Source: a virus. Taken from it: a stretch of 64,000 bases of DNA. The translations under genes and the position numbers were made by a program. The DNA is taken from the IMG/VR virus record IMGVR_UViG_3300042884_001120, positions 90,361 to 154,360 of that record, one strand, 5' to 3'. Below, piece after piece: positions 47,143 to 55,422 of the stretch. Position 1 is the stretch's first letter. Each line of letters begins with the position of its first letter. The notes beneath the pieces are model-generated. The model searched no databases. It was not told the DNA's origin and worked only from the letters and a program-made list of their open reading frames with translations.

Positions 47143-47416
47143 TGCGCCCGGAGGGATTCGAACCCCCAACCAATCAGTTATGCTTTACCACTTCGGTTTT
47201 CACCGCCCTTTCGGTTTGTGGTCTGGACTTTACCTTCATCCTTTAGGATGCCCCCCGTCAAGTCTCTACACCTTCATCTTTCGATGCTTGGCTCGGTATT
47301 AGGATTTTACACCCTTCACCGACTTTGAGGAGTTATCATCCAAGAGTTTCCCCTTGGTGAGCCCAACCTGCTTTCACAGGTTTAGCCGACTGCTCTGACC
47401 ATTGAGCTACAAGCGC
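47143..47416 (-). tRNA. tRNA(CAT), probably Ile2, interrupted by a group I intron
   Basis: 5' exon 47416-47384 (33 nt, ends U33), 3' exon 47182-47143 starts CATAA; spliced product folds as a cloverleaf. Confidence 0.85.
47183..47383 (-). mobile_element. group I intron (IC3-like), 201 nt, ORF-less
   Basis: P CTCAAAGTCGGTGAA, Q AATACCGAGCCAAG, R GTGTAGAGACTTGA, S AAGGTAAAGTCC; U.G at the 5' splice site; terminal G. Confidence 0.9.
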
Positions 47417-47437
47417 GTTAAATTATATTTTTATATT

Positions 47438-47513
47438 TGGTAGCTGTGGTCGGATTCGAACCGACACTTGAGCGATTTTAAGTCGCTTGTCTCTGCCGTT
47501 GGACTACACAGCC
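47438..47513 (-). tRNA. tRNA-Leu(TAA), short variable loop
   Basis: loop CTTAAAA; 76 nt with CCA. Confidence 0.8.
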
Positions 47514-47558
47514 ATAGATGAATAATAAAGATTTTTTATTTGAGTGTCAAACAAATTA

Positions 47559-47631
47559 CTGCCAAGGTAGGGATCGAACCTACGACCTAGAAGTTAACAG
47601 CTTCCCGCTACTACCGCTGAGCTACTTGGCA
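47559..47631 (-). tRNA. tRNA-Asn(GTT)
   Basis: cloverleaf, G73, no CCA. Confidence 0.88.
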
Positions 47632-47637
47632 TTAAAA

Positions 47638-47817
47638 TTATTTGGTTTCCTTACGGGAAAGTTTGGGGACAGTATTTGTCATCAACTGCCTATTTAGGCG
47701 ATACTCCGCAATCATCGCCTGCCATTCCTCGTCCTTTAAACCCTTTGGGCGATTAGCGGTGAACTTGCGTGTTTTATTATTTGCTTTGAATATAGATAGA
47801 TTAGGCCAAACGTGCAT
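47638..47817 (-). CDS. basic hypothetical protein
   Basis: 59 aa between tRNAs. Confidence 0.4.
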   Translation of the reverse strand: MHVWPNLSIFKANNKTRKFTANRPKGLKDEEWQAMIAEYRLNRQLMTNTVPKLSRKETK

Positions 47818-47837
47818 ATTTTTATTTTGTTTTAATT

Positions 47838-47932
47838 TGGAAGTGGGTATGGGAATCGAACCCATGCTCGTCCCTCATCTAGGGAACACAGATTATAAGT
47901 CTGTCGGTGCTATCCAATTACACTAACCCACC
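47838..47932 (-). tRNA. tRNA with TAT (Ile) anticodon and long variable arm
   Basis: ACAGA-CTTATAA-TCTGT; TCCCT/AGGGA variable stem; U73; CCA. Confidence 0.8.
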
Positions 47933-47942
47933 ACTATAATCA

Positions 47943-48437
47943 TTATACAGAAACTTTATTATCCTGTCTAGCTTCTTCTTTCCTAATTGCGGTTTGGGAT
48001 TCAGCGAGGGCACACAATATACGATCTGCATGCTCGTCATTCCATTCCTTGTAGGATACAGCAGTAGCTTCTAGCTCCTCGTATATATAAGCGTCATCTG
48101 CAAGAGCAACCATAATTTTATAAGAAATATTTTCAAACGTTCCTTTACTGCATTTACCGTATAGATTTTCATTGTCGTCTAGTTCGCCACGGTCTCCAAT
48201 CTCTGCATAGTCACCAGCGACAACAATCCTATCTCCTGCCCAGCTTCCGACGATAGGGTTTTCAGAATGTAGATCTCCACCACCACGTCCGTTGCTATTA
48301 GCAAGCAGGCATGCTAAGGCGGTATTGGCTCCACCCTGAGAACAGCTGAACTCAAGAAGCTTCGTCCCGTGCCCGAAAGCATGAGGGTCTAGGTATTGTT
48401 TCTTGTCTAGGTTGACGATGTAGTAGTATTGGCCCAT
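47943..48437 (-). CDS. conserved-type hypothetical protein
   Basis: MGQYYYIVNLDKKQYL...GSWAGDRIVVAGDY. Confidence 0.75.
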   Translation of the reverse strand: MGQYYYIVNLDKKQYLDPHAFGHGTKLLEFSCSQGGANTALACLLANSNGRGGGDLHSENPIVGSWAGDRIVVAGDYAEIGDRGELDDNENLYGKCSKGTFENISYKIMVALADDAYIYEELEATAVSYKEWNDEHADRILCALAESQTAIRKEEARQDNKVSV

Positions 48438-48452
48438 AGTTTTAGTTTATAA

Positions 48453-48668
48453 TTAATTGTAGTAATCGTCAACATCTTCTTGGCAAAGATGGCAGCGAAA
48501 TTTAGAATTCATTGGGTTAGCCTTGTCTTCTGATATGATAAACAAGTCCAAACTTCCATCCAGTACTTGATCACCACAATAGGTGTGATCGCAATCCTTG
48601 CAATAGAAACGCATGTCTTCAGTTACGCCCTTTAGTGATAATATGGATGGCCTCCTTGTCATTTCCAA
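48453..48668 (-). CDS. zinc-finger hypothetical protein
   Basis: CKDC..C..CHLC. Confidence 0.55.
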   Translation of the reverse strand: MEMTRRPSILSLKGVTEDMRFYCKDCDHTYCGDQVLDGSLDLFIISEDKANPMNSKFRCHLCQEDVDDYYN

Positions 48669-48853
48669 GTGAATTTGGTTGTGGTTTGTTCGGTGGTATT
48701 AGTGCTTCTATATTCAGCATATCCTCTCTTGATTGCCTCTTTCTTCAAGGGATCGACTTGATACGATTGCATGAGTTGGCAAGCACTAAAGAATGCGACG
48801 ATTAATGTAATTACCATTGCACACAGGACTTCTTCAAGGTCGTATTGTTTCAT
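48659..48853 (-). CDS. membrane hypothetical protein
   Basis: TM plus EAIKRGYAEY...FTWK (similar ending to 36445..36714). Confidence 0.55.
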   Translation of the reverse strand: MKQYDLEEVLCAMVITLIVAFFSACQLMQSYQVDPLKKEAIKRGYAEYRSTNTTEQTTTKFTWK

Positions 48854-48857
48854 ATGA

Positions 48858-49106
48858 TTAAGAAATGATTCCGGTTTTCGTTCCGTCTTCGTTGTGCGCA
48901 AAGATTACGCTGGTTGCGTGGCCTCGCATAATGCATCGTGGCTGCCGCTTCTGGTCATGGCTCTCGACATCAATTCCAATTGTTTTAATTTTATTAACAA
49001 GATGGCAAGCGCCTTCCCAATGAATAGTGATGACATTTTTACCCAGCGCGCGCGACGCTGGTTTATTATAGTGGTAGAAGAAACGCTTGGGTTTGGGAGT
49101 TTTCAT
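48858..49106 (-). CDS. hypothetical protein
   Basis: RFFYHYNKPASR...QPRCIMRG; TTGCCA-17-TATAGT promoter. Confidence 0.7.
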   Translation of the reverse strand: MKTPKPKRFFYHYNKPASRALGKNVITIHWEGACHLVNKIKTIGIDVESHDQKRQPRCIMRGHATSVIFAHNEDGTKTGIIS

Positions 49107-49311
49107 GACCTTCACTATATGACTAGTTGGGCAGAGTGGCAAGAAGTATTTTTACAATTTGTTCATGTACACGTTTTGGCGTTTTATCGACACGTTCCGA
49201 GAACATGTCTACGGCATCGACATATTCTTTATATGTATAAATGATTGATAATGAACGACTTACGGTGCCGGGCTCCGCCGGGCTGTTGTAACCTATTGAT
49301 ATTGAAGGGTT

Positions 49312-49385
49312 TCGGAGTGACAGGATTCGAACCTGCGACTTCTTGCTCCCAAAGCAAGCGCACTACCAAGCTGTGCTACACTCCG
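49312..49385 (-). tRNA. tRNA-Pro(TGG)
   Basis: CGGAGTG acceptor, loop TTTGGGA. Confidence 0.9.
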
Positions 49386-49453
49386 TGAAATCTTTCAAAA
49401 GAAAATCGCCCCTAGCTTTTACACTAGGGACGACTTCTGTTTCCCCCTACCTC

Positions 49454-50320
49454 TTAAGCCCTCTTCGCAACAAACCTTCCCTTGGAGTCGCGCACATTGT
49501 GAAAGCGATCACCATTAGGCTTGCGTCCGTAGACCTCGCCATCGTAGTCGCTGTATTCCTCTTCGTAACCATCGTCCTCGTCTTCGTCCTCGTAGCCATC
49601 GTAGTAGCCGTTAGGAAGCGGAGCGTCAAACACTCCGACAACCTCATAACGAGAAGTCCTCATCTTCTGGAAGTCGCAGTCGTGAGGAACCGAAACAACA
49701 TCGGCAGGGTCAACCTTAACGATCACAACCTTGCGGTCGCTACCTCCAAAGGTGGTCGCATACTCAAGCGAACCAACATGGAAGCCATAACTGCAACCAA
49801 GATTAGCGTCATCGCAAACCGAGTTACGGGACATCTCAAGAATCTCTCCGACCTTGTTAGAGAACTTGCCCGTGTGATGGTCAGTCCAATCCGAGCGAAC
49901 GCTCTTATAGCCGAGGAAGTAACCATCGGGAGTGATAGGCATATTGCCATGCTCAAGGAACGAATAGAGTTCCGTTACGCTACGCCGACTAGGATTCTGC
50001 ATCAAGCGAGTGAGGAACTTCACAAGGGGAGTAGGAGAGATTCCTTCCTTGATAAAGGCCAAAATCTTGTCCACAATAGTTCCATGCACGACTTCACCAT
50101 TGAAGTAGACATGACCATCTACGACTTCGACACTACCCTCCGACCAATCGGAGACTACGCTTGCGGTGTCGATGAGATCAAGGAGTTCATCTTCGCTGAC
50201 TCCCTGCTTGACTGCCTCGATAACATTTGCCCAATTCTCGTGGGAACTTTGAATCGTGTAAGGAGTTCCGTTGAGGATTGCGGTTAGTGAGTTATCGGTT
50301 AGGATGTATGGGATGTTCAT
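49454..50320 (-). CDS. rIIB: RIIB-like protein
   Basis: PITPDGYFLGYK, CSYGFHVG, VKVDPADVVSVP..KMRTSRYEVV; GGAG SD. Confidence 0.85.
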   Translation of the reverse strand: MNIPYILTDNSLTAILNGTPYTIQSSHENWANVIEAVKQGVSEDELLDLIDTASVVSDWSEGSVEVVDGHVYFNGEVVHGTIVDKILAFIKEGISPTPLVKFLTRLMQNPSRRSVTELYSFLEHGNMPITPDGYFLGYKSVRSDWTDHHTGKFSNKVGEILEMSRNSVCDDANLGCSYGFHVGSLEYATTFGGSDRKVVIVKVDPADVVSVPHDCDFQKMRTSRYEVVGVFDAPLPNGYYDGYEDEDEDDGYEEEYSDYDGEVYGRKPNGDRFHNVRDSKGRFVAKRA

Positions 50321-50538
50321 AACTCCTTCATCATACATTTTCTTGTATAGCCCCACAAGCATTTTTTTCAATAAAAATACAGATAGTCACAAACCACTGG
50401 TTATCAGGCACTTGCAGCGCCGGGCCCCGCCCGGATGTTAGTTACTAAAAATCGTGGCGTTTCTGTCTGGTATTAAAAAGGTTAGGAGCGAGGCCACACC
50501 ACATAGCCTCGCCCCCGTTTCCCTCACCACAACAATCT

Positions 50539-52779
50539 TTATGCGTTCATGTAGTCCGAAAGCACCTTGGCAAAATCTGCACTAAAGCCCCAGCGCATAT
50601 TGCGTTCCTCAATATAGGAGAGGAGAGGAAACTTTTTCTGCAAGGCTTTCGCACGATTCACAACTTCCTCTGCAATCTTAACTGCCTTCTCGTTTTTACC
50701 CGAAGCGTTTCCTGCGGCGATGTCAAGCCTTTCGATCTTACTGGTAAGCATAATGGCAATTTGCTCTTTCGACTTTGAGTTTGCATCGGTGTTGTGAGAA
50801 TTAACACAAGCAAACAGGTCACGAAGAGTTGCACGATCATTGTCGCTCTTGATAAGTGACATCAGCAAGTCTTGATGCTTCTTGTCTTGGAGACGATAGA
50901 AGAAAGAGTCGCGCAACATGGTATTGCCTAAACGATTTGCAAGCAAAAGATCAATGTCGATTTTGTTTGCAGAGATAAAAGCGTCAAACTCTTCTTGCAT
51001 CTTGTCCTCAAGGCGAACCCATCCGCTACCCATCTTTTTCTTGAGTTGTGTGCTAGTAAAGCCAACGATGTTTGCAGGGTCAATGTTCTTGAAAGGCTGA
51101 ACTAGATCAAGAAGTGAACTACCTACCATCTTATCGCCGCCATTTATGACCGCATGGAAATTATTGATCTGGACATAGATTCCGTTGCCGTTCTTCTCAT
51201 CCACAACACAATCCTTCCAAGCGTTACGATTCCTCCAAGAATTAACATTTTTAGGATCAAGAACCAAAGCACCGACACGCTTTGATTTGGAGGTGGTTGT
51301 TCCAACTGCGTTGACGGGAATGTTGATCTGCGAGGCGAAGATAAAATCCTCATCACAGAAACCATTTGCCTCTTTTAGTTCCGCAATCTGTTGTGCGTAG
51401 GTCGCATACTGCTCTGGCTTGAGAGCCTTCAGCACTTCCGCGCCATTGACAACTTCCATACGCTGAATCGTGAACAGATAAATAGTCTCACGATCACCAG
51501 ACTGCGAAGCAAGGTAACGACCATACTTTGCACCAGCGTTGTAATGTCCAAGGTCATTAAAAACTAATTGAATATCATGCCTAGCCCCAAACTCGTTAAG
51601 GTTGGTAGTCTGAACATTGCCGTTCCAATTCTTGCGATAGCGCATGACATGAAAGCGCAAGCTACGATCCGCACTCTTTCGGGTAGTATCGACATTATCA
51701 GAGGTAACAATCTTGCCGTTAAAGGTAATCCTTTTAACGATCTGTCGGATATAATGGAAACCGCTAACAAGGTTATCCATCTCGGACATAAACTTTTTCG
51801 CCGCATACTCGCTCTTTGCGTTTTGCGTGATCTGCTTTTGAATATCAGTAACAAGCGTCTTGATAATCTCTCCTGCCTTGCTCTTGATGTTCGCAATCGT
51901 CCTATCGGTGTATTGCAGACCCTCGCGGCTTGCCGCAACATCCAAGTCACCGATATTAAAATCAATAACGATAGCACTATTGAACAGATAACTAATCTGC
52001 GTATCTGCATCGTTACCAGAAATGAACTTCAATGCACTTCTGTCAATCGGATAGGCGATGTTGCCCATAACTGCCATCGGGCGATGATCTTCACGATTAT
52101 CATAGAAAGCCCAGCCAGCACCTACGGAAATCGGCTTGGCAAAAACCTTATCATATTCACCCTTGTCCATGCCTACAATGTTCGGGCGAACCTTGAAGAA
52201 ACGGAGGTAACGCTTGACAGCACCCGTGAAGTAATTTGCATCCTCACCCTTGACTGGAATAACGATCTCTACACCATTCTCCTCGGTGGTGTCCTGCGTG
52301 GACAAAAGGGCAATCTGCCCGATTCCGCTAGGATCAATAAACGCATTGTAGGAACGAATCTTGCCATCCGTAAAGGAATTGATAACAAAATTGTCACCAT
52401 AGGCGAACGCACTCTTTGAACCTAGTCCAAGTTGACCGATAAATGCGTTGCTCTGGCGTTTCGTGCTTTCACCATAGAAGCAGTAGATTTCTTGAATGTC
52501 CTGCTCTGAAAGGCCACGACCAAAATCCCTGATCTTGAAAACCTTGGACAGCTTGCTAGGCATGGTGATAGTAATAGGGCAATTAGGCTTGCCAGCTTCA
52601 ACATTGGCATCGTAAGCGTTGGCAGAGTATTCGCGCACGACAGCACCGATCTTGTCGGTGTAGAGTTGGTTCCGAAGAACATTGAAGATATGCGCCAGAC
52701 CAGTATCTTTGATGCCGAAGCTAACGGCAGACTTGATTCCAGCAGAGTTGAGCGAGTTGTATGAGGTGTTTTGTATCAT
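50539..52779 (-). CDS. rIIA: RIIA-like protein (N-terminal GHKL ATPase)
   Basis: LYTDK..VREYSANAYDA, IRDFGRG, STKRQSN..IGQLGLGSKSAFAY, SREGLQY. Confidence 0.85.
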   Translation of the reverse strand: MIQNTSYNSLNSAGIKSAVSFGIKDTGLAHIFNVLRNQLYTDKIGAVVREYSANAYDANVEAGKPNCPITITMPSKLSKVFKIRDFGRGLSEQDIQEIYCFYGESTKRQSNAFIGQLGLGSKSAFAYGDNFVINSFTDGKIRSYNAFIDPSGIGQIALLSTQDTTEENGVEIVIPVKGEDANYFTGAVKRYLRFFKVRPNIVGMDKGEYDKVFAKPISVGAGWAFYDNREDHRPMAVMGNIAYPIDRSALKFISGNDADTQISYLFNSAIVIDFNIGDLDVAASREGLQYTDRTIANIKSKAGEIIKTLVTDIQKQITQNAKSEYAAKKFMSEMDNLVSGFHYIRQIVKRITFNGKIVTSDNVDTTRKSADRSLRFHVMRYRKNWNGNVQTTNLNEFGARHDIQLVFNDLGHYNAGAKYGRYLASQSGDRETIYLFTIQRMEVVNGAEVLKALKPEQYATYAQQIAELKEANGFCDEDFIFASQINIPVNAVGTTTSKSKRVGALVLDPKNVNSWRNRNAWKDCVVDEKNGNGIYVQINNFHAVINGGDKMVGSSLLDLVQPFKNIDPANIVGFTSTQLKKKMGSGWVRLEDKMQEEFDAFISANKIDIDLLLANRLGNTMLRDSFFYRLQDKKHQDLLMSLIKSDNDRATLRDLFACVNSHNTDANSKSKEQIAIMLTSKIERLDIAAGNASGKNEKAVKIAEEVVNRAKALQKKFPLLSYIEERNMRWGFSADFAKVLSDYMNA

Positions 52780-53161
52780 GGTGTTTGGTGTTGTGTGAGC
52801 CTTCATAATAGACTTTCTTGATTCCATGCACAAGAACTTTCTGCGGATTTTTACAATTTACCTAAACCCCTCGCCCATAGCAACTTATGACACCGGGCCC
52901 AGCCCGGCTCGCGCAAGTTTTTAATACCCAGTTACTTACAACTATCTGTCTCTTGGGTCATCCACTAATCCCTTATATAATAAGTATAAAGCAAAAATAA
53001 AGATGGTAAATACGAATATTTTTTCCAGTAAGTAGTATATAATGTCGATCATTTATTTATTACAACTAGAATCCTATATTTACAATACTTACCATCATAT
53101 TTTATTATAGCATACAACCGACCTAGGTTTTATTTAGATCGGTGTATTTCGCTATTTCGGA

Positions 53162-53422
53162 CTAGCTGTTTCGCCTTTGCAGGTGAAAGATATAGTTGCC
53201 CAATAAGATTTTTATTTCGCTCTCGCCTATTACTAAATCAGCAAACTCTAAATCATCAGAAGTAATTTTCTTACCATTACTCAGAAGAATAATGTTATTT
53301 GTTTCCTCTGGATAAGTATCTACTCCGATTATACCGATTTCCGTGTCGCCGCTGGTGCAAGCGATCAGGGTGTGTGACCTTAACGTGTCTAAGATTTCCT
53401 CTACGTGCTTAGAGTTTGCCAT
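53162..53422 (-). CDS. hypothetical protein
   Basis: 86-aa ORF. Confidence 0.5.
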   Translation of the reverse strand: MANSKHVEEILDTLRSHTLIACTSGDTEIGIIGVDTYPEETNNIILLSNGKKITSDDLEFADLVIGESEIKILLGNYIFHLQRRNS

Positions 53423-53430
53423 AGTTTATT

Positions 53431-53631
53431 TTAGGAACACTTGGCGACGAAACGCTCGACCTTGGTCTTACCAACGCGCTTCAGAAGGTCTGCCCGACCC
53501 AAGAAGATCGCGCCGTGAGGCTCACGAAGTGTAACGATTGCGCCAACACGCTGGCGGAGTCGGACGATCTTACCACAATAGTCGTAAATACCGCCGTTCT
53601 TTAGTTTGGTGTTTGTCTTGTTTTTCTTCAT
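53431..53631 (-). CDS. basic hypothetical protein
   Basis: 66 aa, TTGACT promoter upstream. Confidence 0.6.
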   Translation of the reverse strand: MKKNKTNTKLKNGGIYDYCGKIVRLRQRVGAIVTLREPHGAIFLGRADLLKRVGKTKVERFVAKCS

Positions 53632-53679
53632 ATATCTATAATGTATAATTTTTATTTCTTAGTCAATAGTATTTTAATC

Positions 53680-54285
53680 TTATTCTTCCTCTTCATCCCT
53701 ACAATCTAGGAAATACTGAACGTCCAACTCTTCCTTAAGGTGTTCTGGACAATCGTCGATGTCTTGGTAGCAGTTGTCGGACTCGGAACCATCGGTATCG
53801 ACAATGTATTCGCCGCCGAACATCCACCCCTCGTCGTAATAGCTCATGCGTAGGGACTCTCCGGTGAGCTTGGCAAGCTGACGAACGACATTGATAGGTG
53901 GACTCCATGCAGTCTGGAAACCAATGTCATGAATATCTTGAAGGGCAAGGGTCTCGTCCTCAAAGATATAACAAGAGTAGGCATTCCATTTTGTATCCCA
54001 GTTGGCAATACTCCAATCATACCAGTTCTTGTATCCGTGATCTTTAAGGTTCTGTTCACAAAGTTCATCATGCTCCTTCTGTCTTGCTTCGATCTCCTCT
54101 GGTGTTCTAGGCTTAACGATCTCTTCAATGATAGATGAGTTGCAAGTCTTATAGATTCCCTCTGGCATAGGAATGATCTTGTTAAAGTCGATGCTCTTAC
54201 CATCATTAGTAAGATAGGGCTTGATGATCTCTCCGATAGTCTTTCCGCTGGTGCAGGAAAGTAGGTTGGTGCAATGGTTAGGCAT
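53680..54285 (-). CDS. DUF1281/YubB ferredoxin-like domain protein
   Basis: MPNHCTN, DFNKIIPMP, WYDWSIANWDTKWNA, FQTAWSPP. Confidence 0.75.
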   Translation of the reverse strand: MPNHCTNLLSCTSGKTIGEIIKPYLTNDGKSIDFNKIIPMPEGIYKTCNSSIIEEIVKPRTPEEIEARQKEHDELCEQNLKDHGYKNWYDWSIANWDTKWNAYSCYIFEDETLALQDIHDIGFQTAWSPPINVVRQLAKLTGESLRMSYYDEGWMFGGEYIVDTDGSESDNCYQDIDDCPEHLKEELDVQYFLDCRDEEEE

Positions 54286-54298
54286 TTGTTTTGTTGGT

Positions 54299-54622
54299 TT
54301 ATTTGAACTCTACTGAACTTGTTATTGATTTGCTGTTATAGTGGAAATTGAAATGACCCCACTTTATATTCTCCAAGGGATAATTAGAAAGCAGATGCTC
54401 TGCGATTGTTTCCATGTTTCCCTCTAGGGTGACGGACTGCTCGGTTCCGTGAAACGATTCCTGCTCGGTATCCTCTTCGTCAAGATCGTTATACTTGATG
54501 ATGGATATGACCCATTCTACGCTATCGTTATGGATAGTATGGAAGTGGGCGGTAGCAAAGTTTGCGCCAAGGGTTTCGAGGCTATGAAAAACCTCGTCAA
54601 GCAAGGGAGTGATTTGATTCAT
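54299..54622 (-). CDS. acidic hypothetical protein
   Basis: 107 aa, TATTAT-6-ATG. Confidence 0.55.
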   Translation of the reverse strand: MNQITPLLDEVFHSLETLGANFATAHFHTIHNDSVEWVISIIKYNDLDEEDTEQESFHGTEQSVTLEGNMETIAEHLLSNYPLENIKWGHFNFHYNSKSITSSVEFK

Positions 54623-54667
54623 TGATTTATAATAATACAATTATAGAACCCTAGTCAAGAACTTGTT

Positions 54668-54901
54668 TTAATTATTATTGCAGTATGCCTGTCTTTCGTT
54701 ATTCTCTTCCCAACCATTATCTTCCTCTTCATCCTCCGCTTCTTCCATATATTCCACTTCATATTCAGCGTTGCCAGATCCCCATGAAGCATTTTCAGCT
54801 AATTCAATAGCAATCTCATGGGCTTGGTTCTCATCCTTTGCTTCCACATCAAAAGACATGGAATCATAGGTGGTGCGAGTTACTTCAACAACGTATTTCA
54901 T
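54668..54901 (-). CDS. acidic small protein (DpnD/PcfM-like pattern)
   Basis: MKYVVEVT...VEAKDENQA..IA. Confidence 0.55.
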   Translation of the reverse strand: MKYVVEVTRTTYDSMSFDVEAKDENQAHEIAIELAENASWGSGNAEYEVEYMEEAEDEEEDNGWEENNERQAYCNNN

Positions 54902-55131
54902 TGGAGTTCGTGTGTTTGGGTTTGTATTTTGGTTTCTTTTATTCTATAGCAAGTGTGGATAGGATCCGCATGGCCATTTGGATAGTATTGGTCTTCCTTG
55001 TGCAACTCTCTTGCCCTCTCTTCCGCCTCTTCGCGGGTGCTGTAGGTGCAGGAGTATTTGTCCGACCACTTCCTGCGATTGTAGACCTCGATTGTGTAGT
55101 AGGTTTGCTTCATACTAGACACATTCTGCAT
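54898..55131 (-). CDS. hypothetical protein
   Basis: YSTREEAEERA; overlapping neighbours. Confidence 0.55.
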   Translation of the reverse strand: MQNVSSMKQTYYTIEVYNRRKWSDKYSCTYSTREEAEERARELHKEDQYYPNGHADPIHTCYRIKETKIQTQTHELQ

Positions 55132-55297
55132 ACTCTTCCTCGTCGATCTCTTCGATCATCTCGATGTCGTCGGTCTCGGCAGGAGATAGCGTTGCCTCTT
55201 CAAGCATCGCCTTGATAAGGTCTGGCTCATCAAGTGGCCGCTTGCTTTCATGATAATATTCCTCACCATTTTCCAGTATTACTTTATAGTATCTCAT
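55115..55297 (-). CDS. acidic hypothetical protein
   Basis: 60 aa, IEEIDEEEY. Confidence 0.55.
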   Translation of the reverse strand: MRYYKVILENGEEYYHESKRPLDEPDLIKAMLEEATLSPAETDDIEMIEEIDEEEYAECV

Positions 55298-55422
55298 TTT
55301 TGTTTTTGTTTATTTAAGGATTTGATTTCTTCTTTAATGCAATATAGACTAGTATGCTATTTATTATCAACATAAAGAAATTGAATGTTATCGTGTCTGC
55401 GTTTTCATTTCTCAACATAATA

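Larger units (their letters stand above)
33811..52908. repeat. dispersed ~45-bp bipartite repeat, 13 copies
   Basis: consensus TAAGTCGYTGATnATCAACGACTTACnnnGCCSGGCCCCGCCSGGC at ~33811, 34594, 35456, 38139, 39427, 41030, 42116, 42946 (reverse), 44519 (double/degenerate), 46049, 49238, 50390, 52863. Confidence 0.9.

Noticed and set aside
49343-50287. 314-aa plus-strand ORF (also 51568..52419 and 41566..42111)
   Set aside because: Antisense shadows of rIIB, rIIA and the DUF932 gene caused by codon bias; the first starts inside tRNA-Pro
33811-52908. Bipartite repeats as a CRISPR array
   Set aside because: Copies are separated by 0.8-3 kb of genes, are degenerate, and no cas genes are present
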